Positions 55,667 to 56,462 of a DNA stretch of 56,462 bases are shown in pieces (positions within the stretch are counted from its first letter, which is position 1; every line of letters starts with the position of its first letter). The notes beneath the pieces are model-generated. The model searched no databases and was not told the DNA's origin. It saw only the letters and a program-made list of their open reading frames with translations. The position numbers and the translations under genes are program-made. The stretch comes from Candidatus Kaiserbacteria bacterium (GTDB taxonomy: Bacteria; Patescibacteriota; Minisyncoccia; Phycocordibacterales; UBA2100): positions 66,977 to 123,438 of the forward strand of contig JALWOZ010000030.1 in the NCBI GenBank assembly GCA_027083345.1. The letters are read 5' to 3'.

Positions 55667-55672
55667 AATCGT

Positions 55673-55933
55673 ATGAAGTTAAATATTAATAGAGTAGAGA
55701 AGATAAGGTGCTCAGAGCCAGGTAGCAGATTGTCTTTAGTAGTTTTTGTGTGGCAGAGTATATTGTTGTTTGTATTTGTGTTGACGTTGGCACTAATAAC
55801 CTTTTGGTATTATAGATTTTATACTGTTGTAAACATTGGCAAAGAGCAGTTAAATAATATAGAGGTATATAAACCTATTGTAGATAAGAAAATGTTAGAT
55901 AGTGTGTTGGTTAGGTATAAATTAAGACATTAA
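55673..55933 (+). CDS. small single-TM protein, last gene of the pilMNO-like cluster
   Basis: 86 aa with TM 'LSLVVFVWQSILLFVFVLTLALITFWYY'. Confidence 0.45.
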   Translation: MKLNINRVEKIRCSEPGSRLSLVVFVWQSILLFVFVLTLALITFWYYRFYTVVNIGKEQLNNIEVYKPIVDKKMLDSVLVRYKLRH

Positions 55934-55982
55934 CGTAAAACTGGATTTTGTATATAAAAGTTGATAGACTACCTAAGTTCTT

Positions 55983-56054
55983 GCTCCTGTAGTTTAATGG
56001 ATAGAACAGCGGGTTTCTACCCCGCCGATGAGGGTTCGATTCCTTCCGGGAGCA
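55983..56054 (+). tRNA. tRNA-Arg (anticodon UCU)
   Basis: Acceptor GCTCCTG/CGGGAGC, anticodon arm GCGGG-TTTCTAC-CCCGC, T arm GAGGG-TTCGATT-CCTTC. 72 nt. Confidence 0.85.
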
Positions 56055-56189
56055 CAAAATACAAAGTGTTGGAGCATGGTTTTGACACTTAGTAAAATAT
56101 TAAAAAGCGAGAGATTGTTTTGCTTTTTATTATGGTGCGTTTATTTTACCAAGCTCGGACTCATTTCCAAAATCACAATTAAGGAAAAG

Positions 56190-56462
56190 GAACGCACGGA
56201 GTGCGTGCTGTCCATTGTGTGCGCCTGAGGGCGCACACTCTCCACGGCGAGAGCGCATGGTAACTCTAGCACAAACTCTCCGCAAGGAGAGTGTAGTGGT
56301 AACTCTGCCAACAACACCGCACCACTCTCGCCTCGCTTCACTCGGCGAGCCGTCCGCCAAAACCATTTCCTTTCAATTTTTGTTCGGCTCCTCCCCAAAC
56401 CCCTCCGCCGCCGCAAGGCGGAAATTAAAAGGTAAGGAAATGGTTTTGCGGTCGGGTTCGCT
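56190..56462 (+). ncRNA. GC-rich, hairpin-dense noncoding segment truncated by the window edge, candidate large structured RNA or intron 5' part (unidentified)
   Basis: Hairpins: 56217-56238 (9 bp, loop UGAG), 56276-56291 (CUCUCC-GCAA-GGAGAG), 56327-56349, 56408-56421 (CCGCC-GCAA-GGCGG). Also a 15-bp long-range pairing, 56358-56372 with 56434-48. GNRA loops read correctly only on the + strand. GC is far above the flanking sequence. Confidence 0.35.

Noticed and set aside
56176-56215. 5' end of 23S rRNA (AAUUAAGG..AAAGGAACGCACGGAG resembles GGUUAAG..AAAGGGCGCACGGUGG)
   Set aside because: The invariant continuation (GGAUGCCUUGGC...GAUGAAGGACG) is missing, so this is not an rRNA start.
56258-56306. 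tggtaactct repeated twice, considered as a possible CRISPR-like repeat
   Set aside because: There are only two 10-nt copies, and they flank a hairpin. No CRISPR array was seen anywhere in the window.
56028-56416. ORFs 56028-56228(+), 56130-56366(-) and 56141-56416(-)
   Set aside because: The first overlaps tRNA-Arg. The others are Arg/Gly-rich readings of a GC-rich hairpin cluster.

Overview
Gene-dense 56.5-kb chromosomal window from a low-GC, streamlined bacterium. By inference it looks like a CPR/Patescibacteria (Parcubacteria-like) organism: it has a T4SS_pilin-type pilin, shortened housekeeping genes, and many secreted or TM-anchored orphan proteins. Standard code 11 applies, because TGA terminates the 10792-11592 gene. 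The window spans the replication origin, in the order jag-yidC-rnpA-rpmH, DnaA boxes, dnaA, an AT-rich spacer, dnaN. Core genes include tuf, rpsJ, murA, uvrD, rsmA, a class A PBP, ruvC-yebC-ruvB, pilB, tsaE, polA, a holA-like gene, murE, ruvA, rpsT, gpt, ruvX, pilMNO-like genes, and four tRNAs plus one decayed tRNA copy. Main observations, in order of interest: (1) A 15-gene co-directional envelope operon (9541-23952) carries a minimal type IV secretion core (VirB4, VirB3/PrgI-like, VirB6-like with a long coiled coil, VirB2-type pilin). It has no relaxase or coupling protein, and 11 of its products are unassignable. (2) A locus of secreted peptidoglycan-active and adhesin-like proteins (39014-48448) shares a Cys-bounded Ig-like module and surrounds tRNA-Lys. 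(3) A self-contained candidate sRNA gene (33346-33554) has a near-consensus promoter, a 24-bp closing stem and a UUCG-capped three-way fold. (4) A GC-rich segment dense in GNRA-capped hairpins runs off the right edge (56190-56462). (5) A hicBA cassette is bracketed by a 46-bp duplication of the 3' end of the neighbouring M23 peptidase gene. All calls come from reading the sequence and ORF track by eye. No database search was run.
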